NCBI GenBank assembly: GCA_951406725.2
Contig: OX597838.1
Location: 9,610,001 to 9,674,000, forward strand
Length of the DNA: 64,000 nucleotides
Direction of reading: 5' to 3'
Source: Octopus vulgaris
Lineage: Eukaryota
The notes under the pieces were generated by a model. The model made no database searches. It was not told where the DNA came from and saw nothing but the letters and a program-made list of their open reading frames with translations. Each line of letters begins with the position of its first letter. The stretch's first letter is position 1. A program made the translations under genes and the position numbers. Below are positions 1-15,126 of the stretch, one piece after another.

Positions 1-557
1 CAAGCAGAAAGTCCAAGAGACACAACACTTTCAGCTATTTTTAAGCTGTGTCAATACGATAGCTTTACAAAGCGTTACTGTACAATCATGGTCTGTCCAA
101 TTTATACATTGAACAACAAGCAATGGAAACAAAGGGAGCAGGGTGTCCCTGTTGCAAATCAACCTAACATAAGTTTTGACAGTGCCTTGGAAAGCAAGTA
201 TGCTGTACACCCCCAGTCAACGTTTTCTATGACTCCGCACCATAAAGTGCAAGGTTCAAGTTCATTTCAATATCTCTGAATTGTTAATGGTGAAGTTTGC
301 ACCCACCTACACAGAGACATACTTTGTATTTGGATTGCTAGAGAATAGTGCCCAGTGGGAAGCAGTATAAAAACTTGTGTATTTCAAGCAGTGGGTAGTC
401 GTAGGTCTTTATTCGCTTTTGCTAAACGGTTGTGAAACATCCTCATACATAAGCGCAAGAATGGTTGTGTGGTAAGTAGCTTGCTTACCAACCACATGGT
501 TCCGGGCTCAGTCCCACTGCGTGACACTTTGATAAAGTGTCTTCTGCTGTGTTTGTT

Positions 558-589
<32 letters not shown>

Positions 590-1599
590 CACACACGACG
601 GAGTTCTACAAATTTCACTCATAAAGCATTGGTTGGCAATAAGGCTATATAGCAGCTGATATTTGCCCGATGCCGTTGCGACTAATTATATATTTTTTTT
701 AAATGTTTTGTTGAACTGTGAGCTTTAGATGCTCACAACGTAAAGGAAAATAAATTATCATTTTTTTTTTTGCCTTTGAAAGCCAATAAACAAACATTAT
801 TTTTTTATTGTCTATAATAAAATAGAAATTTATCAAGCTTCTAAATAATATTTACAGATTAATTCTAACGAATATAGGACCGAAGTCATAAACATTTTAT
901 ATAAAAAAAATTTATTTTGCACAAGAACGTTTTAACGACTCTGTGTGTGATTATGCATGTGTCTGCCTTGTATTTATCGACTTCAACTACTGTTCGCCAC
1001 TTCACAGGGAAGTTTGAATTATATGATATTTGGGGAGAAAGAAAGTAGAATGGAGAAGTAGTTTCAAGCTTTCTTTCTCTGTGTCTGTCTTTCCCTCTCT
1101 CACCCTCTCTCTCTCTCTCTTCTTCTTCTTCTTTCTCTAGAATAGTGAAATACACCTATTATCAACTGAGAGACATAGAAATAGAGAGGAGGAAAGCGAT
1201 GGTAATGGTGGCGGCGGTACGTTTGTGTGACGTCCAACTCTCTCTTTTACTTCCTTTTACAGTTTCAATTTAATCGTTTTTTGATAGTTTCTTTCTCTCT
1301 CTCTCTCTTTTCTCTCTCACTCACTCCTCTCTTTTCTCTCTCACTCTCTCTTTTCTCTCTCACTTTCTCTTTTCTCTTTCTCCTCTCTCTCTGCTTCTTT
1401 CTAGACTAGTGTAACAAGGAGTAGTAAAGAACGACAGGAAAGAATGAAGAGTGAGAGGCAGAAGACTGATAATGATTTGAAAACAGGATCGAATTAGACA
1501 ACGGTCATAATCTATTACAGTGTTCTCCTGTATTAAGTGAATACAACTTTTTCAGTCACTGGGTGGCCGTTGTCCCTTTTTAGTTGACTAACCTTTTGA

Positions 1600-2404
1600 C
1601 AGGCTTTGACTTTCAACTTGCGATCAAAAGTGGAGTCTATACAATAATAAAAAACGTCTTTTGCGGTGATTGAACCAAAATGAAGCAACAAAACCTTCCC
1701 TAAACCCGAGCTCTGCAAAAAGAAGGTTATGGCGATTGTTTTGGTGGTGTACTACAAGACTCATCTACTATAAGGTTGTCTCAAAAGTTCGTAGAAAGTC
1801 TTGGAAAATAATGGTCTTTATTTTGAGGAATATCTTTTGTTGTTTTTGTTAGTACTTGGCGAGTAAAAATTCAATTTTCGCAAGTGTTTACGAAAATTTG
1901 GGACAACCTAATATAACGTCTTAAAACCCATTACTGCAGAAATATATTGCCATTAAATTGCCAAAATGAACGAAAAATTGCTACTTCTCCGTCGAAGACT
2001 GGTCAAAAGAAGAGGGTCAATCATTCTTCATGATAATGATCGACCACATGTTTCACTAATGACGTTCCCGAAGTTGAGGGAACTTTGCTACGAAGTTCTT
2101 CGCCACCAAGCCTATTCCCCCAGACTTTTCCCCTACCGAATACCGCTTTTTCAAGCATCTTGATGGTTTCCCGAGAGAGAAGGAGTCCAAACATCAAAAT
2201 GATGCTGAAAGTGCGTTCAAAGAATTCATCAACTCCCCAACTCTAGATTTTTATGTTACCAGAATAAACAAACTTGTAATTCGTTGGCAAAAATGTGTTA
2301 ATTGTAATGGTATTACTTTGACGAATAAATTTTGAGCATTATTGAAATATATTGTAATGAATTTCATGTTACAAAACGTTACTTACTCATTACTCAGCCT
2401 GATA
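1600..2404 (+). mobile_element. Degenerate mariner transposase relic
   Basis: Frameshifted pieces resembling KPGLHPKK..VWW, ILHDNDRPH (HDNARPH) and HQAYSP (HPPYSPDL); TIR-like end before TA near 2404. Confidence 0.8.
1769..1914. mobile_element. Tc1/mariner-type MITE nested in the mariner relic
   Basis: Imperfect TIRs taaggttgtctcaaaagttcgt / acgaaaatttgggacaacctaa; removing it at the TA restores IYYNVLKP in the transposase frame. Confidence 0.7.
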
Positions 2405-2754
2405 TATATAAACTGACGCAGAGTATGATCAAGGCTTACTAAAAAACAAACTAGATTCTCATCCGCATCTCCACGCAAGCTGCAATGTTTTTTGTTAGCA
2501 TGTGGCTTGTAGTACAATTTTTCGCGGGTAGGAACGAGGGCAGGACATTTGAGCGCAGTGTCTTATAACCATATTTTGTTTATAGAAATTACACAGATTG
2601 TAGTTTAACATTTGTGACTAGGCTGTTCTAAATTCATGGAAATATTGCTTATAATTTAAAACCTTGTTATTAAACTTTTGAAAATAGTGACACCACCCTC
2701 ATATGTGACGCGTTGGGAGTGATGAATAACCGAGATGGGGAATGGAATGATGCC

Positions 2755-3097
2755 ATTGATGTAACTGTACGCAACTGGTACTTAATTTATCGACCCCGAA
2801 AGGATAAAAAGCAAAGTCGACCTCGGCGGAATTTGAACTCAGAACGTAGCGGTAGACGAAATACCTATTTCTTTACTACCTACAAGGGGCTAAACACAGA
2901 GAGAACAAACAAGGACAGATAAATGGATTAAGTCGATTACATCGGCCCTAGTACGTAACTGGTACTTAATTTATCGACCTCGAAAGATGAAAGGCAAAAT
3001 CGACCTTGCGGAATTTGAACTCAGAACGTAACGGCAGACGAAATACTGCTAAGTATTTCGCCCGGCATGCTAACGTTTCTGCCACCTCGCCGCCTTT
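2755..3097 (-). mobile_element. Short interspersed repeat family (ggcggcgagctggcagaa...gaggtcgactttgcctttcatcc)
   Basis: Same core recurs near 15232, 27360-27830, 44960-45110, 47645-47920, 53385-53595 and 63120-63250. Confidence 0.7.
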
Positions 3098-3286
3098 TAA
3101 GACTATAATATTGTTTCACTTCTATTCTTTCACTTTTAATTCTAATGGGATAACACTAAGATCATCTTATTTTATTCATTTACCGTTCAATTACCAGTCA
3201 ATAATTATCGCAGCAGTTGCTAGGTTCCAAAGTATTAACAGTTACATATTAACTCTTAAATTAACATTTAATACATGAGCTTTATA

Positions 3287-3951
3287 TCTTTATATATATA
3301 AAACTGAGAATGTGTATGTGTGTGTGTGTGTGTGTGTCTGTCTGTCTGTCTGTCTGTGTGTTTCCCTAAAACTTGAGAACTACACAACCAATTTCATTCA
3401 AATTTTACACATGCCTTACTTAGGGTCCATGTAGTTTCTTGGGCAAAAAAAATGTTCGACTTCTTGCCTAGAGCGAGCCCATAGCAATATCATATCTTCT
3501 CCACTATTTCAGTATTACGTGTTAAAATTCGCCACAATAGAAGCAAGGTTCGAGTCAACGGAGCGTGCAAGGGAGTACTCGACTCGAACCTTGCAAAGTG
3601 GAAATATCTTATTTTGACCTTTATATCTGGGACGTAGGACGTGCCGGATAAAAATTAAAAATACCCCCTCCCCAGAAGTTGAGGTAGGCTGGATTGTAGC
3701 CACACTTCTATACACAAGAGGGAGGACAAGATGCAATTGATCGAAATTGCAAGAGACGGGCCTACAATTCCAGTCTGTTATATATTTTGAGTATTGTTAT
3801 CACTAGCGATATCAAGATATAACTTTGTATTTTGTATTTTATGTGTGGATTTATATATATATATAGATGTACATGTAATATGTACACATATATATACACA
3901 TATATACAGGCAGTAGCACCATGACCCGGCAACGACGGGTCATAATGCTGG
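3287..3951 (+). mobile_element. Non-autonomous Helitron-like element, family 1
   Basis: 5' TC, 3' hairpin gacccg-gcaacga-cgggtc then CTGG; longer copy at 59799-60969. Confidence 0.75.
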
Positions 3952-4362
3952 TGTATATATATATATCGAGAAATCTATCTATAACAACTATTATGGCATT
4001 TACCGTTAAATTAGCAGTTCGTTCATGTACTTCTATTTGGTTAATTTGCTTATATTTGGTTCATTTATTTTACACTGTATACAAAAATGAAGACATACAA
4101 CTGCTTACAAAAATAGAGATTAATTTGTGTGTGTTATTTATATTATATATATATATACAACTTTCCAGAATTTTGTTATTTAAATATATAGGAGCATGTC
4201 TAGATATGTAACTATATTCAGGAGAATACATATGCATACATACAAACAAAAATACACTGTTGTTGAAGTTGAAAGTCCATTGAAGGAACTTGAATGTAGG
4301 TTAGAAACCGACTCATTCTCTATCGGTAAGAAATCTGTAAATAAAATTGTACAATGACAAAC

Positions 4363-4545
4363 ATACATACATACATACATGTATGTGTGCATGCATGTAT
4401 GTATGTGTGCATGCATGTATGTATGTATGTATGTATGTATGTATATATGTATGTATGTATGTATGTATGCATGTATATATGTATGTATGTATGTATGTTT
4501 GTATGTATGTATGTATGTATGTATGTATGCATGTGTGTATGCGTG

Positions 4546-4581
<36 letters not shown>

Positions 4582-4759
4582 TGTATGTATGTATGTATGT
4601 ATGTATGTATGTATGTATGCATGTATGTATGTATGTATGTATGTATGTATGTATGTATGTATGTATGTATGCGTGTATATATGTATGTATGCATGTATGT
4701 ATGCATGTATGTATGCATGTATGTATGCATGTATGTATGTATGTATGTATGTATGTATG

Positions 4760-4791
<32 letters not shown>

Positions 4792-4861
4792 TAAATGTAT
4801 GTATGTATGTATGTATGTATGTATGCATGTATATATGTATATATGTATGTATGTATGCATG

Positions 4862-4895
<34 letters not shown>

Positions 4896-4946
4896 TGTAT
4901 GTATGTATGTATGTATGTATGTATGTATGTATGTATGTATGTATGT
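4363..4946. repeat. (TATG)n microsatellite
   Basis: Direct reading. Confidence 0.95.
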
Positions 4947-5780
4947 TTTGGTATATTTTCCTTTGTTGTACCGAAAAGTGAAATGTTATAAAATGTATAA
5001 ATGTCAGTGTTAAACAGTAGTTGCTCGGAGCATCTCAATAGTATTATAAGACATAATATAAGCAAAATGGCAAAAGTCAGAATAGGAAACGGGTTTCTAA
5101 TTCGGACACTCAATATCTCTTTCATAATCTTCGATATTTGCCCTTTTTTCTATGAAACGTTGTCAAGGGAAACCACTCACCTCAAAAGTTTGTCCTGTCT
5201 GACAGAGTTATTTCCCTTGTAATGACAGAAGCTGGGATTTGAATTGCATTTTGATATAATTGTTGTCAACAGAAACTGAGTTGAAGAATTAAATAATTTA
5301 TATGCATATATTTCTGAGGAATAAGCTGGGGTGGGAAAGAACTTCTCAGCCAACTTCCCTCAACCGTTGGTGCGTCATAAGGGAAACGTGTGGTCGAGCA
5401 TTCTCATGAGGAATGAATGTCCCTCTTCTATTGAACAGTCTTCGACGGAAGAGTAACAGAATAGTTCAATACGCGAAACAAAGAGAGAAGCAAATGGAAA
5501 ACAGGACAAGTAACACAAAGGACGGCTCTTCATCAGTTGTCGGCTGTCTATCTACTCCTCATTTCGAGCATATATATATATATGTGTGTGTGTGTGTATG
5601 TATATATATATAAATGTATATGTATATATATATATATATAAAAAGGAAATGAAGAAAATGCTGACAAAATTATTTAAGTAAGGGAGAGTGTATTTAATTA
5701 GGTGAAAGTTCTTTTTACCGGTTGCGTATTTGTTATGCTTATCAAAAGATATTTTTAAGAGAGATAGAGTTCCTTTCTTT

Positions 5781-5814
<34 letters not shown>

Positions 5815-6009
5815 TATGTGACCTCGTGTGTACCGTTGGCGATTTTTTTTTCTTCTGTCTTCCTTTCTCTGGATCTTTCCTTTTCCTATGTTTCCGACGA
5901 AGAGCTCCGCTCGAAACGTTAAACCCTCCTTCTTTCCTGAGCGTCCAATAATACTATATTTGTTCCACGTCCTCGCGTTGTTGTGTTTTTTGTGTTTTCT
6001 TGTTTGGAT

Positions 6010-6057
<48 letters not shown>

Positions 6058-6062
6058 TACAT

Positions 6063-6213
<151 letters not shown>

Positions 6214-6369
6214 CTTACATATATACACACACACACATACATGTGTGTGTGTGTGATGCAAGTGTGTTGAAACGATATTTCCTTTCATTATTGATAACAT
6301 AAAACCCACTAAAATATGATCTTCACCAATAATGTCGCAATGATGTGAGAAAGATTATAAACAAAACGG

Positions 6370-7440
6370 AGCAACGCCCGGGGGGTCAGGAAGATAAGGC
6401 AAAATCCTTAATATTTAGGCTTGGCCTAACTAATGCATATGGCGCAGTGCCACACGAATAACTGATGAGAGCCATGGACCATTTCCACATTCCAGGCAAA
6501 GTGATAAAAATAATGAGGATGTATTAAGACAGCTTGGAAATGAAGTTTACAGCTGGAGATTTTACAAAAGATTGGCACCGATTGGAGATTGGCACCGATT
6601 GGAGATTGGCACCGATTGGAGATTGGCACCGATTGGAGATTGGCACCGATTGGAGATTGGCACCGATTGGAGATTGGCATTGCTGCTGGCTGTATAATAT
6701 CTGTCATGTGGTTTATCTTAGTGAGAGATGATTATGAAAGCTGTGGATTTTCGGAACAAATCGCCCATGTACAATCGCCTAAGAATGGCCTTCATTGGAT
6801 GACGTGATACTTCTAGCTACAGATAAGCAAATCATGCGGAATGTCCTCTTGAGACTAGACGAACTTGTGAGGTGGTCAAGGATGCGGTTTAGAGCCAAAA
6901 AGTCGCGTAGTCTGACATTTGTTAAGGGAGTGCAGAAAGAATTTCAGTTTCGAATAGCTGAAGAAAGCATTGCAACAGTCAAGGAAGAACCCGTCTTGAT
7001 CTTGGGGCGAGTATACGCTGGAACATTGTCAGATAAGAGACGCGGGATGGAAATTATGAAACAAGCCGAGGCTGGATTATCAGCGATTGATGATAACTCG
7101 AAGTTACCAGGTAACTATAAAATTTGGTGCTTACAGTTCGGCTTGTACCCGCGACTTTCGTGGCCACTTTATATACTCGAAGTAGTCTTGTCACGAGTTC
7201 AGATCATTGAACAAAAATGTAATGTGTTCATTATAAAGTGTATAGACCTATCTCGGATGCTGAACAGTTCAGCTCTTTATCGTAAAAGCGGTTCGTTGCA
7301 GTTACAACTAGCGTCAACAGTCGAAATATATAAACCGGGGAAGGTACGAACGGTCATGATGATGCTGAGAGAATCGAAGGACATGGAACTCAGGCGTAAC
7401 CCACCAGAGGTGAAAACAGCCAGGAAGTGGAAAGCAGAAG
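6370..7440 (+). mobile_element. Non-LTR retrotransposon RT fragment, HERO-like (RLE group), pseudogenised
   Basis: TNAYGAVPH, DWHRLEIGIAAGCIIS, MDDVILL, MRFRAKKSRSL, LPGNYKIWCLQFGLYPRLSWPL, ARKWKAE motifs; internal stop and frameshifts; ends in a (TACA)n tract. Confidence 0.82.
6570..6679 (+). repeat. 17-bp tandem repeat (gattggcaccgattgga) x6
   Basis: Six perfect adjacent units inside the RT relic, no spacers. Confidence 0.9.
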
Positions 7441-7648
7441 TATGTTTGTATGTATGTACGTACGTACATACATACATACATACATACATACATACATACA
7501 TACATACATACATACATACATGCATATATATATACATACATACATACATACTTGCATACATACATACATGCATGCATGCATACATACATACATGCATGCA
7601 TACATACATACTTGCATACATACATACATAAATACATACATACATACA

Positions 7649-7679
<31 letters not shown>

Positions 7680-7751
7680 CATACATTACATACATACATA
7701 CATTACATACATACATACATACTTGCATACATACATACATACATACTTGCA

Positions 7752-7785
<34 letters not shown>

Positions 7786-7948
7786 CATACATACATTGCA
7801 TACATACATACATACATACATACATACATACATACATACATACATACATACATACATACATACATACATACATACATACATACATACTTGCATACATACA
7901 TACATACATACTTGCATACATACATACATACATACATACATACATACA

Positions 7949-7982
<34 letters not shown>

Positions 7983-8128
7983 CATACATACATACATACA
8001 TACATACATACATACATACATACATACATACATACATACATACACACATACATACACACATACATACATACATATACACATACACACACACATACATACA
8101 CACATACACACACACATACACATATACA
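7440..8128. repeat. (TACA)n microsatellite
   Basis: Direct reading. Confidence 0.95.
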
Positions 8129-8332
8129 ACGTGACATGGAGTGTTTTGCTCAAGAACACAACGCCCGGTCATTGAATCGAAACCGCGATCGTGCGATTCT
8201 TGCTGCAACAGCCCAACCACTGGGCCATGCGACTACATAGATTATAACGAAGTGGATAGAGTCTCTAACAAACACAGAGCAGAAAACGGGAGAATTTAGT
8301 GGAGAAAATACTGTACACTGTGAGAGGAATAC

Positions 8333-8367
<35 letters not shown>

Positions 8368-8910
8368 ATATGCGACAGAGAAGGGCGGAGGCATGTTGTT
8401 TGAATGCGTAAGTGTGTGAGGTGTGAGTGAGAGGGAGTGAGAGAGAGAGAGACATAGAGACAGAGATAAAGACAGAGGGAGAGTGTCAGAATCAGTGAGA
8501 GACAAACGTCGCTTTGCTGAGTTAGCAACGTAATAGCAATGCAACACTGTCTCGCGCGTAATCCTACACATGCCCGGAGGAGGAGGAGGAGGAGGAGGAG
8601 GAGGAGGAGGAGGAGGAGAAGGAGGAGGAGGAGGAGGAGGAGGAGGAGGAGGAGGAGGAGTTGAGGAAAAGGACAAGATGAGGAAGAAGGAGGGGAAGGG
8701 GAAGAAGGAGGGGAAGAGGAAGAGGGTGAGGGGGAAAGTTGGGTGGAGAAGGGTAGGGTAGGAAGACTGGAATTATTTGGCTGGTCATTATTATTCTAGG
8801 AAAGGTCTGCTAGGGAGAGGCACATATGTACCAATTCCTTCGGGACGATATTTAAAATTTTTAATTCTATTTCGGAGTAATGTTGAAAAATGGAATCACA
8901 AAGAATATAT

Positions 8911-8952
<42 letters not shown>

Positions 8953-9055
8953 CATATATACATATACATATCTATATATGTATATATAGATACGTATATG
9001 TGTATATATATGTATATATAGATACGTATATGTGTATATATATGTATGTATGTAG

Positions 9056-9089
<34 letters not shown>

Positions 9090-9647
9090 AATGAGATAGA
9101 GGTTGAAAATTCAACCCACCATGGGATAATATATATCCAATATACTGCTTTATTTGCATAAAAATTTTTTACTTATATCTCTTTATCTTTTTACTATTAC
9201 TGTATATCTCATTTCATTTTATATATTGCCTTTACTCATATGTAATGGTGTATTAAAGTATGGATTGAGTATCATCGGATAGTTGATGTTTTACTGATTT
9301 AAGTATGTTTCTCCATTCTCTAATTTTGTAATATATATATATATATATATACGTGGAGGCGCAATGGCCTAGTGGTTAGGGCAGCGGACTCACGGTTGTA
9401 GGATCGCGATTTCGATTCTCAGACCGGGGCGTTGTGAGTGTTTATTGAGCGAAAACACCTAAAAGCTCCACGACACTCCGGCGGGGGAGTAGAAGGGGTC
9501 AGTGAAAGAAAAGGGCTCAACTTGAATGAAATAGGGAAGGGAGTCGGACTTGGAAATCTATATAAAGGGGTAAAAACAGGAAGTAAATAACGGAGGAGGG
9601 GAGAGAGAGACTAGAAGGAAGGAAGGAAGGAAGGAAGGAAGGAAGGA

Positions 9648-9687
<40 letters not shown>

Positions 9688-9999
9688 AGGAAGGAAAGAA
9701 GGAAGGAAGAGAGGAAGAAAGAAAGAAAGAAAGAAAGGAAGGAAGAAAGAAAGAAAGAAAGAAAGAGAGAAGGAAGGAAAGAAGGAAGGAAGGAAGGAAG
9801 AAAGAAAGAGAGAAGGAAGGAAAGAAGGAAAGGTTATTATCATGAAGAGGAAGAAGTCGGTGAGTGTGAGAGAGGGACAAAGAGACAGACAGAAAAAGAC
9901 AGACAGACAGACGGAAAGACATACGGAGCGACAGTCGGACAGTTAAGGGTGGAACATGTGTGTGTGTGCGTGTATGTGTGTATGTGTGTGTGTGTATGT

Positions 10000-10035
<36 letters not shown>

Positions 10036-10193
10036 TGAGGAAGAGAGAAAGGAAAAGAAATAGTGGAGTATATGAACAAGGAAAAGACAAAAAACAAAGA
10101 GAACATAATGGAAAAAAGAGGGAAAGGAGAAGAGGAGAGGTGTCTATTCTTTTTCTTTCCTTTTCTTTCCTGCTTCAGATCGGGTTTATTTAA

Positions 10194-10234
<41 letters not shown>

Positions 10235-10491
10235 TGGGAAATTTAATAATAAACAAGTGTCAGAATTAGCAGTTTTTTCCTTCTTTCACGAAAAACTAGT
10301 CTCATGGAAAGAAGCTTTTAGCTTGAGGAAGGAATGCTGTGTTTCTTAAACGTTCCACTTCTCTCTCTAAGACCAACTGGGTAGGCTGAATTACGTGACA
10401 GAAACTAAAGTAGGCCCCCGCGATATGAATTTATATACCCCGAGGGAGTTGGCAGAAATGCGTACGTCAGACGTATGAGGAAGGAAGGAAA

Positions 10492-10602
10492 ATGGCTTCC
10501 GTAGTTATTCTGCGGTTCGTGGTTTTCGTTGGCGTCCTGGTCTCCGTCTCCGTTCAGAGAAACATTCGATTGAATCAAAACCGAACAGCAGACTTGATAG
10601 AG
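10492..10602 (+). CDS. MMP-A exon 1 (signal peptide)
   Basis: ATG, then MASVVILRFVVFVGVLVSVSVQRNIRLNQNRTADLIE with hydrophobic N-terminus; donor GAG|gtaaga, phase 0, joins exon 2 in frame. Confidence 0.85.
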
Positions 10603-11037
10603 GTAAGAATTCATGCATATATAAATACATATTTATATAGAGAGACAGAGAGACAGACAGACAGATATAAGACGGGGGGGTACTCGAAAAAATTTCCTGG
10701 CTTTTAAGGGTGTCGCGAACGGCCTGGATGGTGGCCTAAGCCTTCCGAATTCTTTCCCAGGCCTTAGAAAAAAAACTGAGAGACCGCTGCGGCAGCAAGT
10801 GTGGGGAATCTCAGAGGAGAATATATTGAATAAAATTGTAATTAACTGATCCTCCTCTATTTTCTGCTATAATCAAAGCCAGGAAACTTTTAATTACTCC
10901 CTCCTATATATGTGTGTGCTTTGTGTATCTGTGTTAATATCTCTGTCTGTCTGTTTATGCGTGCATGTGAACGTGTATGGATATGTAATTCATATGTATA
11001 TGTATGTATATATGCGTATGTGATGTATGTACACACA

Positions 11038-11159
<122 letters not shown>

Positions 11160-11341
11160 CATATATATATATATATATATATGGTTAGTTAATTTTTGGC
11201 TCAAAAAGCAAAAAGCAAGGCCATGTAATATACCCACATATGCAAACAAACATGCGTGTGTATGTATATATGTACATTTATATGTATGCATGTATCTATC
11301 TATCTATGTCATATATATAACATACATGCACACACGCACAT

Positions 11342-11379
<38 letters not shown>

Positions 11380-11654
11380 GTATGAAGTATATACTCATAC
11401 ATACAACATGCATACATATATACAAACATATATGCTTACATGCATGCACACACACACACACACATGTGACCTCGTGTGTACCGTTGGCGATTTTTTTTCC
11501 TCCGTCTTCCCTTCTCTGGATCTTTCCTTCTCCTATGTTTCCGACGAAGAGCTCCGCTCGAAACGTTAAACCCTCCTTTCCTGAGCGTCCAATAATACTA
11601 TATTTGTTCCGCGTCCTTGCGTTGTTGTGTTTTTTTGTGCTTTCTTATTTGGAT

Positions 11655-11703
<49 letters not shown>

Positions 11704-12015
11704 GTACATATATATGCAAACATAAATTTATGTGTGTGTGTGCGTATATATACATATGGGCATACACATATGTTTATTTATACATATGTGTGTGAGTGCA
11801 TCAGCATATATATATATATACATACACGCGCACATACACACACACAAATATTCATGCCCATACATACATACATACACATATACGCACATATGTATGTATA
11901 TGCATTATATTATATCACATAATATTGGTTTCAAATTTTGGCACTAGGCCGGCAAGTTCGGGGAAAGTGGTGAGTCGATTTTGTATGTATGTATGTATGT
12001 ATGTATGTATGTATG

Positions 12016-12066
<51 letters not shown>

Positions 12067-12725
12067 GTGCGTATATATGTAAGGCTGTATGCATGTGTAC
12101 ATATGCAAAAAGAGGCAGGCATGGCTTTGTGGTGGAGCGGCTCTCTTTGCTTCCACTTTGTTTAGAATTTTGCCTCTACAGTGAGGCACCTTATAGTTTT
12201 CGAATTATATATAAGCGCTAGAAGTGGCTGTGTGGCAAGAAGCCTGCTTACCAACCACATGGTTCCGGGTTTGGTCTCTCTGTGTGGCACCTTAGCCAAG
12301 TGTCTTCTACTACAGCCTCGGGCAGACCAAAGCCACTATTGTTCCAACGTCCATTCTGATCCGCAGTAATAACAGCTACTAGGATCCTATCTATGGGTTA
12401 ACTAGCAAGTAAACCACTGGGAGTGAAGGACCTGTAGTTCTTTTGTTAGAACTTCCTCCTATAAGAAGGTAAACTGGTATTTAAAAAAGAAAACTGAATC
12501 ACAGTCGGTTTCGATCATCCCAACCTTTGTTATACCACTGTTTTTAAAGGTTTTAAAGGTTTTAAAGCTAATTGCGATGAAATGTTGGTTTTCTATTGTG
12601 TAATACTTTATCCACTCAAAACAATCGACGCACAGGAAATGTTTGGACTCTCGGAACGTAAACACGAAGTTACTGAGATCAGGACGTGGACTTAGTGGAT
12701 CACGAGTTCACTTCCACCATGCATG

Positions 12726-12771
<46 letters not shown>

Positions 12772-13489
12772 CGTGTGTGTGTGTGTGTGCGTGTGTATGT
12801 GTGTGTGTACGTGTGTGTGTGTGTGTGTGCGTGCGTGTGTGTGCGTGCGTGTGTGTGTGTGTGTGTGTGCGTGCGTGTGTGTCCCCGTGTCCGTGTGTGG
12901 GTGTGTGTGTGTATGTGTGTGTGTGCGTGTGTGCGTGTGTGTCCCCGTGTCCGTGTGTGTCCCCGTGTCCGTGTGTGTGTGTGTGTGTGATTGTACCCCC
13001 ACCTTCAACACCACCACAGCTTGACAACCCGTGATGGTTTGTTTACGACGAAACTATTCTGCACGCACTCATCCAGCGCCCGAAAATTACTGACAGGTGA
13101 GTATGTGTCGAACACACACTGTTCCAGACATATCCGACCATTGACCAAGTCTACTGTGAGGATCGCCTCGCTGTCTTCCTTTGACCGGGAAGGGCGTTGG
13201 CCTTAGCGAAAGAGACCATGGGATGGATCAAACTGAAAGGACTGAGGCAGACACCTTCCTCTTTGGCCCTCATCAACTTTTACAAGTTCCGCTTGGAATA
13301 AAAAGGAAAGTGAGAGTAAAGAGGGAAGTGCCACCCACCGCCAAATTTGTTGACAGACAGGTAAAAATGGTAAGAAAGGTTCAAGCGAACGGACCTGGTC
13401 TGAGCATTGATTGAAAGATGAGCGGGAGGAGAAGAAACTTGCGAAAACGACTGTGGTTTTGTGGGGCTTCCACGAGCTGTTCTTAAAGG

Positions 13490-14340
13490 TCCCACCACCA
13501 CTATCACCACCACTACTACCACCAGCACCGCCGCCAATACAACAACCAATATCACTACCACAACCAATACACCGCCGCCACAACCACAACCACCATCACC
13601 ACCACCACCATCACTAACATTACCACCACTGTTACCACTACTACAACTACCATTACCACCACTACAACTACCATCACCACCACCACCACCACTACCACAA
13701 CAACCATCATCAGCACGACCACCATCACCACCACAACTATCACCAGCACCGCCGCCAATACTACAACCAATATCACCACCACCACAACCAGCACCACCGC
13801 CGCCACAACCACAACTACCATCACCATCACCACCACCACCAGCACTACCATTACCACCACTGTTACCACCACTACAACTACCATCACCACCACCACCACC
13901 ACTACCACAACAACCATCATCAGCACCACCACTATCACCAGCACCGCCGCCAATACTACAACCAATATCACTACCACAACCAACATCACCACCACCACAA
14001 CCAGCACCACTGCCGCCACAACTATAACCACCATCACCATCACCACCACCACCACCACCACCACTACCATTACCACCACCGTTACCACTACTACAACTAC
14101 CATCACCACCACCACCACCACCATCACAATCAGCACCACCGCCGCCACAACCACAACTACCACCACCACCACCACTACCACAACAACCATCATCAGCACA
14201 ACCACCACCACCACCACCACTACGACAACTACCATCACCACCACCACCACCACCACCACTACCCTACCACAACCACCACCACCACCACTACCACAACAAC
14301 CATCATCAGCACAACGACCACCACCACCACTACAATCACA
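13490..14340. repeat. Degenerate (ACC)n repeat with higher-order units
   Basis: Direct reading; unit cagcaccgccgccaatactacaaccaatatcac recurs. Confidence 0.9.
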
Positions 14341-14933
14341 GCTGGATTTAAAACAAATTTATCGTTCACGGTTCGTTAAGAAATATTTAAGAATTTAATT
14401 CCTTATGTTAACCCTAAATCTGAGTACGATGTAAGTTTCTTCTTTCTCTTTTTTGTTGTTGTTTGGTTGTTTGTCGCAGAACAAGGAGTGTGAAGGGAAG
14501 GAACGGTACGAAATATAAGAATTAAAGAAATTCCAGATTAACTTGGTTGTTGCTGAAGAATGTCAAAGGACTGGAATCGTGGGTGGTGGGCGGGCAGAGG
14601 GTTAAAGATTTAGATGTAACTGAAGAAGAATAGGTTCGTTCCTGTTACCACAATTAGTCTGAGACCCCCCAACCTTCCTCCCGTCACATTCATGAACGCA
14701 GACGCTGAAGGAGATGGGTGGAGAGGGGTCACTTAACCCTAGAGGTTCTGTTCTGATGAAACTACTACGGTTTGGGAGTTAAACTGTAAATATATATATA
14801 TTTCGCACTTATTATGCAGCGTGAGAGGCCGTGTTCGGTCTCCTTTAAGACGTGGCACTTTGGGCAAATGTCGTCTACTGTAGCCCCCTGACTTTGTGCG
14901 TGAATTTGGTGGGCGGAAACTGAAAGAAGTATA

Positions 14934-15126
<193 letters not shown>

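Noticed and set aside
6570-6679. CRISPR-like repeat array
   Set aside because: No unique spacers, no cas genes, eukaryotic context
13461-14259. Pro/Thr-rich extensin- or mucin-like ORFs (also 33396-34127)
   Set aside because: (ACC)n low-complexity repeats; the MMP-A model splices in frame without them
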